Positions 29,813 to 38,998 of a DNA stretch of 64,000 bases are shown one piece after another (within the stretch, counting starts at the first letter, position 1; each line of letters opens with the position of its first letter). Source of the DNA: Candidatus Latescibacterota bacterium. GTDB lineage: Bacteria; Latescibacterota; UBA2968; UBA8231. Below the pieces are notes generated by a model. The model did no database searches and had not been told where the DNA came from. It was given only the letters and a program-made list of their open reading frames with translations. The stretch lies in contig CBDCDC010000002.1 in NCBI GenBank assembly GCA_965215195.1, forward strand, positions 608,001-672,000, in the 5' to 3' direction. The translations under genes and the position numbers were made by a program.

Positions 29813-30520
29813 CTATTTTCCAGAGCGCGAGGCACCGCGTCCCCACCCGGAGGTGGTGCGGCCCATGCGGTTTTTGACTTGGCCACTAAAGGCTTGGCGG
29901 CGGCTTTGCTGACGCTGGTAGAATTGCGGTCGCGTCTTTTGGGTTTGCGAGCCGCGCGACCCAAAGGTGGGCCGCCCCCCTTGCACCGGCCCGTAGTACG
30001 GGCGGCCCCGTTCCCGGTTGCGGCGGTAGTCCTCCCAATCGCCGCGGCCAACCCTCCACCCTCCCATTAAATCGCGCATCAGCGCATATTGGCCGTAGAA
30101 TTGCCAAAACCCGCCGGCTCCCCAAAACCCGTACTGAGGATTGCCAACGTACTGATAGCCGGGCGGGTGCGCTTGGTTGGCACCGGTGCGGCGGCCGTCC
30201 AGCGACTTGGAGGCCACCACCATGCCGACGTAGTTGTCGTAGCGGTAAAAGGTTTCTTCGCTGACTTCCATCCAATCGGTGCGGCGCTCCTGATAGGCGA
30301 TGGTATCGCGCCCGGCCACGCGCTGTCCCGCAGCGGTCAACACCTGAAAGCGGAGGAAGTAGTCGGGGAAAAACGAGCGATCTTCGATGCGGGTATCATC
30401 GACGATCAGCGAGTACTCAGGATAGCGCTCGAGGTCGCGTATCAGCTTTTGCACCGGGTCTTTGGAACCCCCACAGGCCGCGAGTGCCAATAGGGCTAGT
30501 GAGGCCATGCGGCGAAGCAT
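29813..30520 (-). CDS. Lipoprotein with a Gly/Arg/Tyr-rich tail
   Basis: Lipobox LAAC; PPGYQYVGNPQYGFW...FWQFYGQYA; basic RG-rich C terminus. Confidence 0.78.
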   Translation of the reverse strand: MLRRMASLALLALAACGGSKDPVQKLIRDLERYPEYSLIVDDTRIEDRSFFPDYFLRFQVLTAAGQRVAGRDTIAYQERRTDWMEVSEETFYRYDNYVGMVVASKSLDGRRTGANQAHPPGYQYVGNPQYGFWGAGGFWQFYGQYALMRDLMGGWRVGRGDWEDYRRNRERGRPYYGPVQGGRPTFGSRGSQTQKTRPQFYQRQQSRRQAFSGQVKNRMGRTTSGWGRGASRSGK

Positions 30521-30521
30521 G

Positions 30522-31070
30522 TCAGGCGCCCTCCTCCACCGGCAGGATGTCGGTGAATTGGTATTCCTCTACCTCCAAGCCGGCGTACGCGGCAAAGTCG
30601 CGCTCGCCCCATTGGCTGATGAAGAGCACCTTGCCTTCTTTTCCTTCAAACGACCAATTGACAAATTCGCGCTCCGCATCGGTGCCGTCTTTGCGGTATA
30701 GACCAGCCTCGCCCGTGCTCCCCACGTATTCATCGCCCGCAAAATGCACGACTTCAGGCGGGTCGCCGTCGGCGATAATGGCCGCCGCAATATCGCCCTC
30801 GATCTCGTCGATACCAATAGCCCGCGTCAAGGTCCAATAGGCTTGGCCGTCTTCTACAGCGCGCTCGAGAAAATTTATCTCTTCACCGGCCCGCAGCTCC
30901 CACTCCTCGGTCACATAGCCATCGTAATCATAGGTTCCATAGCCTGTGACTTGCCAAGTTTTGAGGTCGTAATCGACCAAGAACCCCACTTTCATGGTGC
31001 TGAGCGAGTACTCCGCATACACCTGTTCCTCTTCGCTTGGGCGACCGCCGAACCACTTTTTAAGCCCCAT
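30522..31070 (-). CDS. DUF4178-domain protein
   Basis: GFLVDYDLKTWQV, YDY..EW, acidic beta-rich sequence; PspA/DUF350 context. Confidence 0.78.
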   Translation of the reverse strand: MGLKKWFGGRPSEEEQVYAEYSLSTMKVGFLVDYDLKTWQVTGYGTYDYDGYVTEEWELRAGEEINFLERAVEDGQAYWTLTRAIGIDEIEGDIAAAIIADGDPPEVVHFAGDEYVGSTGEAGLYRKDGTDAEREFVNWSFEGKEGKVLFISQWGERDFAAYAGLEVEEYQFTDILPVEEGA

Positions 31071-31082
31071 TTCGTCTTCCTT

Positions 31083-32603
31083 TCAAAACTGAGTACCCCA
31101 ACCCCGTCGATAATAACGCGCCAGCACCGGCCTATCAAGTCGGTTGGCCTGCACGGGCAAGCGGGCCATATCGCCGTCGAAAACCGCGAGGGCATCCCAG
31201 ACTTGGGCGTCAATATAGCGCGTGGGAACCACAAAGGCGACTGCCGTCGGATCTAGCCCGGCGGATCCAGCCAAGTGGAACCCCCACTCGCCAAAGGAAG
31301 GAACGTGCAAGTGGTAGGAGTGGACGGCAAAGCCCGCTTCCTCCAAGGCCGCGGCAATGCTCCAGTACGCTTTGCGGGCGTGGTATGGGCTAGAAGCCTG
31401 GGTCGCTAAGACGCCTCGCGGGCTGAGCAACTTGCGGCACAGCCTATAAGCCTCAACCGAATAGAGCTTGGCCAAGCTCTCCTCGCGGGGATCGGGCAAG
31501 TCGATTAATATCGCGCCATACGGCACGTGCTCGCGCTGCAAAAAGACAAAGCCGTCTTCGTTGACCACGCGCACTTGGCGGCGATTTAAGGCGTTGTCGT
31601 TGAGCCGAGTCAGGTGGATGTTGCGCCGGGCCAACCGGGTCACCGCCGGGTCGAGATCGACTAAATCGACGTGTTGGACCTCCTCGTATTTTAGCACTTC
31701 CCGCGCCGTCAGCCCGTCCCCTCCCCCGATGATGAGCACCCTTTCGCGGGAGGGGGCCAACGCCATGGCTGGATGCACTAGGGCTTCGTGGTAGCGGTGC
31801 TCGTCTATAGAGGCGAATTGCAAGTGCCCGTTGAGATAGAGCCGCAGGTGTTCGTCGCGCCGGGTTAGGACGATTTGCTGGTAGGCCGATTGCTCGCTGT
31901 GGACGATGCGGTCTTCGTAGAGGTCGCTTTCCCACCGCGCCCGCAGCCCCTCCCCCTGCCAAACCAACGCCCCGAGCGCCGCAATAACCGCCAGCGCTTG
32001 CGCCCCAAGCGAGCGGAAGGTGCGCTGCTCGAGCAACGTCTCCTTAAATGCGAGCACCACGCCGAGGCCAAGGCCGGCGTTGACCAAGCCGGCGACCAAG
32101 GCCGTATGCAGGCTGCCGAGGAAGGGCAGCAGGATGTACGGGAAGAGCAACGAGGCCAACAAGGCCCCCAGATAGTCAAGGGACAAAACATTAGATAGGG
32201 CTGCGCGCAGCGTACCGTGCCCGCGCAAAAGCCGGGTGATCAGCGGCACTTCCAAGCCGATCAACGCGCCAATCGCCGTGCTCAAAGCCAACATGCCGGT
32301 CCTAAAGTGGTCGGTGTAGCCGTAGAGCACGTAGAGCACGCCAACCGAAACCCCACCCAAAAGCCCCAGCCAAATCTCTAGCTGGGCTAGCCGCGTCAAC
32401 AGCAGGTGGTCGGCGACAAAGCGCGAAAGCCAAGAGCCAAGCCCCATCGCAGCGAGGAAAAAGCCGATCGTCAGGGAAAACTGCTCGACGCTATTGCCGA
32501 GGAAGTAAGACGACACGCTGCCGATGAGGAGCTGATAGACGATGGCGCAAACGGCGGCCGAGAAAATGGCCACCAGCAAAAACAGCACCCCCAGCCTAGG
32601 CAT
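31083..32603 (-). CDS. speE: Membrane-anchored polyamine aminopropyltransferase (spermidine synthase-like)
   Basis: About 7 N-terminal TMs, SAYQQI, LYLNGHLQF, DEHRYHE, IIGGGDG, VDLD, DLPDP, VPSFGEWGF. Confidence 0.9.
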   Translation of the reverse strand: MPRLGVLFLLVAIFSAAVCAIVYQLLIGSVSSYFLGNSVEQFSLTIGFFLAAMGLGSWLSRFVADHLLLTRLAQLEIWLGLLGGVSVGVLYVLYGYTDHFRTGMLALSTAIGALIGLEVPLITRLLRGHGTLRAALSNVLSLDYLGALLASLLFPYILLPFLGSLHTALVAGLVNAGLGLGVVLAFKETLLEQRTFRSLGAQALAVIAALGALVWQGEGLRARWESDLYEDRIVHSEQSAYQQIVLTRRDEHLRLYLNGHLQFASIDEHRYHEALVHPAMALAPSRERVLIIGGGDGLTAREVLKYEEVQHVDLVDLDPAVTRLARRNIHLTRLNDNALNRRQVRVVNEDGFVFLQREHVPYGAILIDLPDPREESLAKLYSVEAYRLCRKLLSPRGVLATQASSPYHARKAYWSIAAALEEAGFAVHSYHLHVPSFGEWGFHLAGSAGLDPTAVAFVVPTRYIDAQVWDALAVFDGDMARLPVQANRLDRPVLARYYRRGWGTQF

Positions 32604-34257
32604 CCCCAAGCCCTCCCAGCGAGGAGGCATGCGCCACGCCGAGGCAGTCCATGGCCTGCTCCGCCGCGAGGATGCCGGAAAATATCGCTTCTTCGCACAG
32701 GGGCAGCCCGGTCGCATCGCACGAAGCAAAAAATATCCGCTCCATGGGCTGCTGCCGCCAAGCGGCCATTGGCCCCCACAGCGACCGAGGGCTGGGCCGC
32801 ATCATCCCGTGCCCCCAGCGATACAGATCAACGCGCTCTACGAGGTCGTCCAACTCCGGGTGAACTCGGCGCAGATCGGCCATGATCTGTTCGGTCCAAA
32901 ATGAATGACCCTGCGAAAGCAAGGTGCGCCGGGCGTCTGCGAGTTGATCGACAAAGGGCCAATAGTACATCAGCACGCGGCCTCCTCCGCCCTGCTGGTG
33001 GTCGGCGACCACGTAGCCCAGCGATGGGCTGTCGTACAAGACATTGTCCCAAGTCGTTTGCTGGGCGGCGAGCGGCTCTTTGAGGAAAATCGCCGCCACC
33101 AACCACGGGCTGTACTCGATGGCTGCCATAGCCTCGGCCTGGGCATCCGGCAGACCCGCAATCGCATAGGGGGCCGTGTGGAGCTTGCCGGCGTACACCA
33201 CGGCCCGGGCGGTCAGTTGCCGTTTTTCCCCGGTCGCCAAGTCGATGTACCCCAACCGCACCTGCGACCGCTCCTCAGCTAGACGAGCCACTAGAGCTTG
33301 TCGCTTTATCTCGTTTTCCCCCAACCTATTAGCGAGTTCCGCAACTAGGTGCCCATTGCCCTCGGGCCACGTCAGGGTGTGGGCTGGATACGCCTCCTCG
33401 ATCCGGTAGTCGTAGAACCTACAGGCATAGTAGTGAATCCCGGCCCAAGCCGAGACTTGGGCTGCCGTGCTGCCGTAGTCGTCGCGGCAGGCGTAATCGA
33501 CCAGCCAGCCGAGCCGGTCGTCGTGCCATCCTTCTTCGCGGAGGTACTGGGCCATGCTGATCTGGTCCAAACGCCGCACCCTTACATCGGCCGTGCTGTA
33601 GCGCAAGGGCATGGCAAAGGCCCGGCGACCGTCTCGACCGCGGTGCAAGGCCCAGCCCAGCATTTCGTCTTCAAAGCGCAACAAGGCTTCGCGCGCCCGG
33701 CCCGATGCGCCGACAAACGGGTCTAGCCCAGCGACCCAGCGACCCCGATAGAAGAGCCGCTCGTGCGGCCAGCGCAGCAGGGCCCCAGCCGCGACCATTG
33801 GCCTATTGGCCGCGTCGTACCCGTCGATGACGCCGATATCTTGCAGTATTTCGTGGATGCAGTCGGCTTCGGCCGGAGGGATGTTGATGTAGTGAGCGCC
33901 CCAGGGAAATACCCGGTCGCCCCAGCGGCCACTGCGACTGGTGCCCCCTAGCTGGTCTTCGAGGTCGAGGAGGCGGAGCCGCTTGACCCCGGACCGACGC
34001 AACTTCCACGCGGCCGCCAAGCCGGAAATTCCACCGCCGACAATGGCGACATCGCACGCCCGCTCAGCCGCGGCAAAATCGGCCCAAGAATGCACGTCGC
34101 GCAGCAGGTGCCCACGCGGCGGTCCCTCGTTGACGATCCGCCCGGGGATTGGCCGCCGCCGGTCAGACGCGCAACCGCTCCAAGCGGCCCAGCCCCCGGC
34201 CGCGGCGAGCGCACCGAAAAATTGCCGGCGGCTAAGGGCCTTCATCCCATGGGCCAC
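32596..34257 (-). CDS. Tat-signal FAD-dependent oxidoreductase (flavin amine oxidase-like)
   Basis: SRRQFF twin-arginine motif, IVGGGISGL, GGTSRS, WGAHY, RDDYG, RWGHGM. Confidence 0.85.
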   Translation of the reverse strand: MAHGMKALSRRQFFGALAAAGGWAAWSGCASDRRRPIPGRIVNEGPPRGHLLRDVHSWADFAAAERACDVAIVGGGISGLAAAWKLRRSGVKRLRLLDLEDQLGGTSRSGRWGDRVFPWGAHYINIPPAEADCIHEILQDIGVIDGYDAANRPMVAAGALLRWPHERLFYRGRWVAGLDPFVGASGRAREALLRFEDEMLGWALHRGRDGRRAFAMPLRYSTADVRVRRLDQISMAQYLREEGWHDDRLGWLVDYACRDDYGSTAAQVSAWAGIHYYACRFYDYRIEEAYPAHTLTWPEGNGHLVAELANRLGENEIKRQALVARLAEERSQVRLGYIDLATGEKRQLTARAVVYAGKLHTAPYAIAGLPDAQAEAMAAIEYSPWLVAAIFLKEPLAAQQTTWDNVLYDSPSLGYVVADHQQGGGGRVLMYYWPFVDQLADARRTLLSQGHSFWTEQIMADLRRVHPELDDLVERVDLYRWGHGMMRPSPRSLWGPMAAWRQQPMERIFFASCDATGLPLCEEAIFSGILAAEQAMDCLGVAHASSLGGLGDA

Positions 34258-34269
34258 GGGCGGCAGCCC

Positions 34270-34980
34270 TTATTTTGCCATCTTCATTCTGGCCTTGAGC
34301 TGGGCCAGCGAATCATCGACCTTGACCCCCTTGCTGTCGGCGAGGGCCTTGTCGATCTCGTCGTCAACGCTCGTCGCCGCATCGCCCATATCGCCATAGG
34401 CCTCGGCGAGGGCTTCCTGCTCTTCGGCCTTTTCCTTCATCCGTTCGAGCAAGGCCGTAGTGCCCTTGGAGTCGATGTTGGCCAAGTGCTGGTTGATTTT
34501 GCGGGTGGCGTTGGCGGTTTTGGTGCGCGCCTTGAGAGTTACCAGATCGTTTTCGTACGAGGCGATTTTCGACTTTAGATCGTTGACATTGCTCTGTAGC
34601 TTGTTGGCCATGGCCTGTTGGGCTTGGGCCTGTTGGGAGGCTTCTGCATACCGACTCTGGGCCTCCTCAACGCGGGTCAGGGATTCGCGCGCCAAGCGGT
34701 CGGCTTCGGCTTCCTCCATCTGGCCGGACTCGGCCTTTTGCAACAGCAGCATGGCCTTGCGCTCGTAGTCTTGGGCGAGCCGGCGGTGATCTTCGGACTC
34801 GCGGCTGAGCCTGATGGAGATCGCCTTGACCTCGGCGAGGGCCTTGAGACTTTCCTGCAAGTCCTTTTTTAAGTCGCGGATCGCTTGCTCGCTCATCTTG
34901 ATCGGGTCTTCGAGCTTATCCACTAAGGAATGGGCCTCGGCCTGCCCAGTCTTAAACAAGCGTTGAAATATACCTGCCAT
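34270..34980 (-). CDS. pspA: PspA/IM30 (ESCRT-III-like) family protein
   Basis: GIFQRL, LEDPIKMSEQAIRDL, long coiled coil, ERMKEK, terminal LAQLKARM. Confidence 0.92.
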   Translation of the reverse strand: MAGIFQRLFKTGQAEAHSLVDKLEDPIKMSEQAIRDLKKDLQESLKALAEVKAISIRLSRESEDHRRLAQDYERKAMLLLQKAESGQMEEAEADRLARESLTRVEEAQSRYAEASQQAQAQQAMANKLQSNVNDLKSKIASYENDLVTLKARTKTANATRKINQHLANIDSKGTTALLERMKEKAEEQEALAEAYGDMGDAATSVDDEIDKALADSKGVKVDDSLAQLKARMKMAK

Positions 34981-34991
34981 ATCCTATCCTC

Positions 34992-35384
34992 CTATTGGGC
35001 GGCAAAACCCAGTAATTCTTCCCCGTGCTCGACTAAGCCGAGACTAAGGGAGTTGATGGTGCTTTCCAGTTCGTTTAAGTCCAAATTCTCCAGCGCCAGC
35101 GTATTGCGGTAGAGCAGGGAATCGCCTTCCTCGTTGAGGACGAAGGCGCCAAAGACCAAGTCGCGGTTCATCTGCAAGATGCGCTTATATGGCTCGGCGG
35201 CCTTAGCAGCGACCTTGAGGATGAGCTGCTCAATCACCAGCACCGTATCCTCGCAATCGACGACCAAGTTTTGCACCCCCCGCTCCTCGTCGTTGACAAT
35301 GATGATTTCCTCTTCGGGAATTTCCTCGGCGATGGCAAAGCCCAGCTCGAGGACGTACTCCTTTACGGTGGCAAAATCTGCCAT
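34992..35384 (-). CDS. YbjN/CesT-like (type III chaperone fold) protein
   Basis: 130 aa, acidic; LQMNRDLVFGAFVL...LENLDLNEL; directly upstream of pspA. Confidence 0.8.
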   Translation of the reverse strand: MADFATVKEYVLELGFAIAEEIPEEEIIIVNDEERGVQNLVVDCEDTVLVIEQLILKVAAKAAEPYKRILQMNRDLVFGAFVLNEEGDSLLYRNTLALENLDLNELESTINSLSLGLVEHGEELLGFAAQ

Positions 35385-35404
35385 AAGCTTCCTCCAATGC
35401 TCGT

Positions 35405-35728
35405 TTAATGGGTCGTCAGGGACTTTTCTAGCTCTTTATAAGCATGCGTCAACTGGGCACACAGGGCGTTGGCCACCTCGCGCTTGGCCGGATCCTGGGC
35501 GTGGCGGTCGGGGTGGTACTGCTTCATCAACCGCTTCCACGCCGCCTTCACCGCTTCCAGATTCGCTCCATAGGGCAGCTCCAGATTGGCGTAGTACCCA
35601 GCGAGGACCGGGTCTTCGGCCGGGGCGGGGGCCGGCTCTGGGGGCCGCCAGTGCCCGTAGGCATCGCGTGGCTCAGCGGCCGTAGTGTGCGCTCGCACGA
35701 CGCGAAATATGCGCGTAAACAAGTCCAT
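35405..35728 (-). CDS. Small J-domain protein
   Basis: YYANLEL...VKAAWKRLMKQYHPD...LTHAY. Confidence 0.9.
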   Translation of the reverse strand: MDLFTRIFRVVRAHTTAAEPRDAYGHWRPPEPAPAPAEDPVLAGYYANLELPYGANLEAVKAAWKRLMKQYHPDRHAQDPAKREVANALCAQLTHAYKELEKSLTTH

Positions 35729-35770
35729 AAATGGCGAAGATACAAGGGCTAATGGCCCTTGTCCAACCCC

Positions 35771-38700
35771 TCAATAGGCGAGAGAAGAGACGGCCTTTTT
35801 GATAATCGACAAGGCCGCGCTGAACATGCCGATCAGGGCCATACCAACCCCAAAGCCCACGCTCAAGACCATGGCGTATTGCCGCCATTGCTGCTTGCCG
35901 TACCGCTTCCAAAAGTAGTGCCGGGCGATCAGGGCACCGATTATCTGCGGAATGAGAAAATGCGGAATGCCGTTGACGCTTTGGACGTATCCCCAGATCA
36001 TAAAGATCGGCATTCCCAAAAAGGCCATAGCAAAATATGCCGCCAAGCCGAAGCTAGCTGCGCCGATGATGATGGGCCACTTCCTACCGCCGAGGGGATG
36101 GTGCGTATCCTCGTCGATCAGGCCGTCGCCATCGTCGTCGCGGTTGTTGACCAGCTCTTCGTCGATGCCCTCAATGGCCCCGGCTCGATAGGTCAGGCCT
36201 AGCGGGAGAGACGACGCATCGGCCACCAAACCTTGAAGCCGGTCTCCATCCCGCTCCCATTCGACCAGCACCGCTGTCGCGGTCTCCTCCACGACCGCAG
36301 CAAAGGCGGCCCTTACCTCCTCGCTACGCCACGTATCCTGGTCAATGCTTTGGCCGTTGATCGTCATAAGGTAGTCGCCGGCTTGCAAGCCGAAGCGGTG
36401 GCCTAGCCCCTCCTCAGCTACGGTGGCGACGCGCACCGCGTCGTATTCGGTCCAACTCTCGACGAATGACGTGTCCGCCGCAAACTCAAGTCCCAGTGCT
36501 TCCCCCGGCCGGCGCACCACAGCGCGACGCATGGTTTTCTCATCCCGTTCCCAAACGGCAAACACCGAGTCCGCTCCCTGGGTAAAATACCGCTCAATCC
36601 GCTCAGTATCCCATTGCGGGACGCGGAGTTCGACGCCGTTTATCGCACGGAGGCGGTCGCCGTCGGCCAGTCCAAGCTGGCCTCCTAACCCCTCCGGCTC
36701 CACACCCTCGACGAGAGCCGCGATATTGAGGTCGCCGTCGTCGTCCTTGCGGTTGCCGGTAAAGCGCATGTCCTGCCAATAAACCGCAAACATCAAGGGC
36801 ATGTCCGAGGATCGTTGCAAAGCCTCGCCGTCAAAGCTGGGCAGGCGATCCACTTCAAAGTAGAAATCAACCGAATCGCCCGGAGCCAAATTGATCGCAG
36901 CCCGGAAGTTGGGGTTCGGCGTGGCAATCGCCATGCCGTTGGGGGGCCAAAGTAGCTGGGGGCCATCCGACGGAGTATCCGCCTCGGCGTCGATCCTTTG
37001 GGCGGCCTCCGGAGGCGGTGGTGCGTCCCCGCCGCTGAAGTCCGTGTAGAAGTAGCCTGTCTGCGACCAAGGGCCATTAATGCGCTTTACCGGGTCCGGC
37101 ACCTCTAAGTCCCTAGTGGTACTCACCCGCCAGTACCACCAACGGCCATTCTCCAAATTGGGAGGGCTCCACACGACTTGGCCATTGGGCACAATATCCC
37201 CTTCCAACTCCTCTCCGGCGCGCCACATTTTGGGGTACATCGTGCTAGTATAGGCGAGCGCCCGGTCAAAGGCCGCCAGCGGCCAATAGATTTGCGCGTA
37301 TGGGTAGCTCTCCGAGGGAATAGGACCCAAGCGCCAGAGGAAGGTCCAGTACATCAGACTGACCCCTAAGACGATGGGCAACATAAAGAGCTCGGCTTTG
37401 AGCAGACTGGTAAACTTCATCCCGGTCAGTTCGACGATCCTAAACCCCTCGGCATGCCCGCCAAAGTTGCGGGTCGGAAAGGGCACGAACCAGATTTCGA
37501 CCCCGCGAAAGCCGGTCATTAAGCGGATGGCGTCTTCGACATGGGGGATCGAAATGTTTCGGCCAACCAAGCCGTCGAGCCGGGCACTGACAAAGGACAT
37601 GATCGGCGCATAGACAAAGGCGATGAGCACGAAAAGCACCAACAGGCCGGTGCTGACCAAGGTGGGAAACAAGCTCTTGGCCAACACGATTGGATAAATC
37701 GCCGCTACGCAAAACAGCGAAGCGCAAACCCACATATTGAAATCGCCGCGGCCGAGGTGTTTTAAGCAGTACCCCCTCACTTCGGCCGGGCGGAGGCAGT
37801 CCGAGTGCTTGCACATCCCCGACTGATCGCCCCCTTGGAGCTGGAGCTTCTCCCGCACTTCGGCCTGCTTTTCTCGGCCAGTAGAAAAAAGCTGGTGAAA
37901 GCTGACGATGGTGACCGCGATGGTAATGCCAATGGAAAAGGCGCGCCAAAAGTCGATTCCAGTGACGATGGTAGTTTGGATGGTGTGCATGCCGAGTTCC
38001 CAGCGCGGCAGATAGCCCCATGCGTAGAGAAAGGGACTGATGGCCGTGTGTAGCATCACCCCGGCAAAGGAGCCGATCACCCCCCAGAAGGGCACGAACA
38101 ACCCGGCGAATACTGCCCCCAAACTCGTGGAGACCCCCAGCGGCGCAGCCTGTATGATATTGCCGAAATAGGGACTCAACTCCCAGAAGGGAATCGGCAA
38201 GATCGTCACTTTGGAACCCCAGATCTCGGTGATGACCGGGACCCCTACATAGATGACCCCGAATGACGCACCGATAACCGCGCCAATGCTGAACACCGGC
38301 CACTTCCACGTCTCTCGCTCGGCACCCGAATCCTCGGCCAGTGCCATAGCGCTCAACGCCGACATGGGTGCGGTGGGAAAGGGCAATTGCTCGCGGTCGG
38401 AAACGAGCCGGAAGAGCATGTAGCCGGTCGTAAACCAAGCGATGCGGCCCATGATCGTCCCGACCACCAACAGCAGGATCGGAGTCAACCAGTCGCGGTG
38501 AATAAAGGTGCGCTCGGCAATGGCCTCCGAATCGGGCGCGGGTACCCACCAGTCCGGCAAGCGGTGCGCTATCCCGAATAGCTCGGCTTCGGCCGAGGTC
38601 ACAAAGTACTGACGCCAGAGCAAGTCGAGGAACGCGCCCTCTCCGCCGGCGATCAAGGCAGTGGCGACGTACACTAACAGGTAAATCTCTTGGCGCTTGA

Positions 38701-38998
38701 GCGCGGCAAATGATCGCTTGGAGACCTCTAAAAAGAGGATCACCGTCACCCATTGCGCCGCCACGCCTATATCGATACCCGCGTACAGCCCGAGGAACAT
38801 CTCGCCCGGGGTCATAATCAGCGAGATGAAGAGCACACCGATAATGGTACGGCTCGTAAAGCCCTCCTCAAAGCGGTCGGGCGCTTGGAGCAAGTCGCGG
38901 TATTCATCGACCTCACCCCATTGGCGCTCCTTTTTTCGTTTGCGATCAAATAGCTGCTGAAAAGACGCAGACAGTCTTTGAAAAAACGCTTCCATCAT
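35771..38998 (-). CDS. OPT-like membrane transporter with an inserted CCCH motif, extracellular beta/PDZ domains and acidic DDDGDG repeats
   Basis: FEEGFT, EQLPFPTAP, WRLGPIPSESYP, many TMs; two GL..GD....ING PDZ-like units. Confidence 0.7.
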   Translation of the reverse strand: MMEAFFQRLSASFQQLFDRKRKKERQWGEVDEYRDLLQAPDRFEEGFTSRTIIGVLFISLIMTPGEMFLGLYAGIDIGVAAQWVTVILFLEVSKRSFAALKRQEIYLLVYVATALIAGGEGAFLDLLWRQYFVTSAEAELFGIAHRLPDWWVPAPDSEAIAERTFIHRDWLTPILLLVVGTIMGRIAWFTTGYMLFRLVSDREQLPFPTAPMSALSAMALAEDSGAERETWKWPVFSIGAVIGASFGVIYVGVPVITEIWGSKVTILPIPFWELSPYFGNIIQAAPLGVSTSLGAVFAGLFVPFWGVIGSFAGVMLHTAISPFLYAWGYLPRWELGMHTIQTTIVTGIDFWRAFSIGITIAVTIVSFHQLFSTGREKQAEVREKLQLQGGDQSGMCKHSDCLRPAEVRGYCLKHLGRGDFNMWVCASLFCVAAIYPIVLAKSLFPTLVSTGLLVLFVLIAFVYAPIMSFVSARLDGLVGRNISIPHVEDAIRLMTGFRGVEIWFVPFPTRNFGGHAEGFRIVELTGMKFTSLLKAELFMLPIVLGVSLMYWTFLWRLGPIPSESYPYAQIYWPLAAFDRALAYTSTMYPKMWRAGEELEGDIVPNGQVVWSPPNLENGRWWYWRVSTTRDLEVPDPVKRINGPWSQTGYFYTDFSGGDAPPPPEAAQRIDAEADTPSDGPQLLWPPNGMAIATPNPNFRAAINLAPGDSVDFYFEVDRLPSFDGEALQRSSDMPLMFAVYWQDMRFTGNRKDDDGDLNIAALVEGVEPEGLGGQLGLADGDRLRAINGVELRVPQWDTERIERYFTQGADSVFAVWERDEKTMRRAVVRRPGEALGLEFAADTSFVESWTEYDAVRVATVAEEGLGHRFGLQAGDYLMTINGQSIDQDTWRSEEVRAAFAAVVEETATAVLVEWERDGDRLQGLVADASSLPLGLTYRAGAIEGIDEELVNNRDDDGDGLIDEDTHHPLGGRKWPIIIGAASFGLAAYFAMAFLGMPIFMIWGYVQSVNGIPHFLIPQIIGALIARHYFWKRYGKQQWRQYAMVLSVGFGVGMALIGMFSAALSIIKKAVSSLAY

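Noticed and set aside
37440-38753. 437-aa alternative-frame ORF inside the OPT-like gene
   Set aside because: Arg-rich out-of-frame shadow; no RBS or family signal
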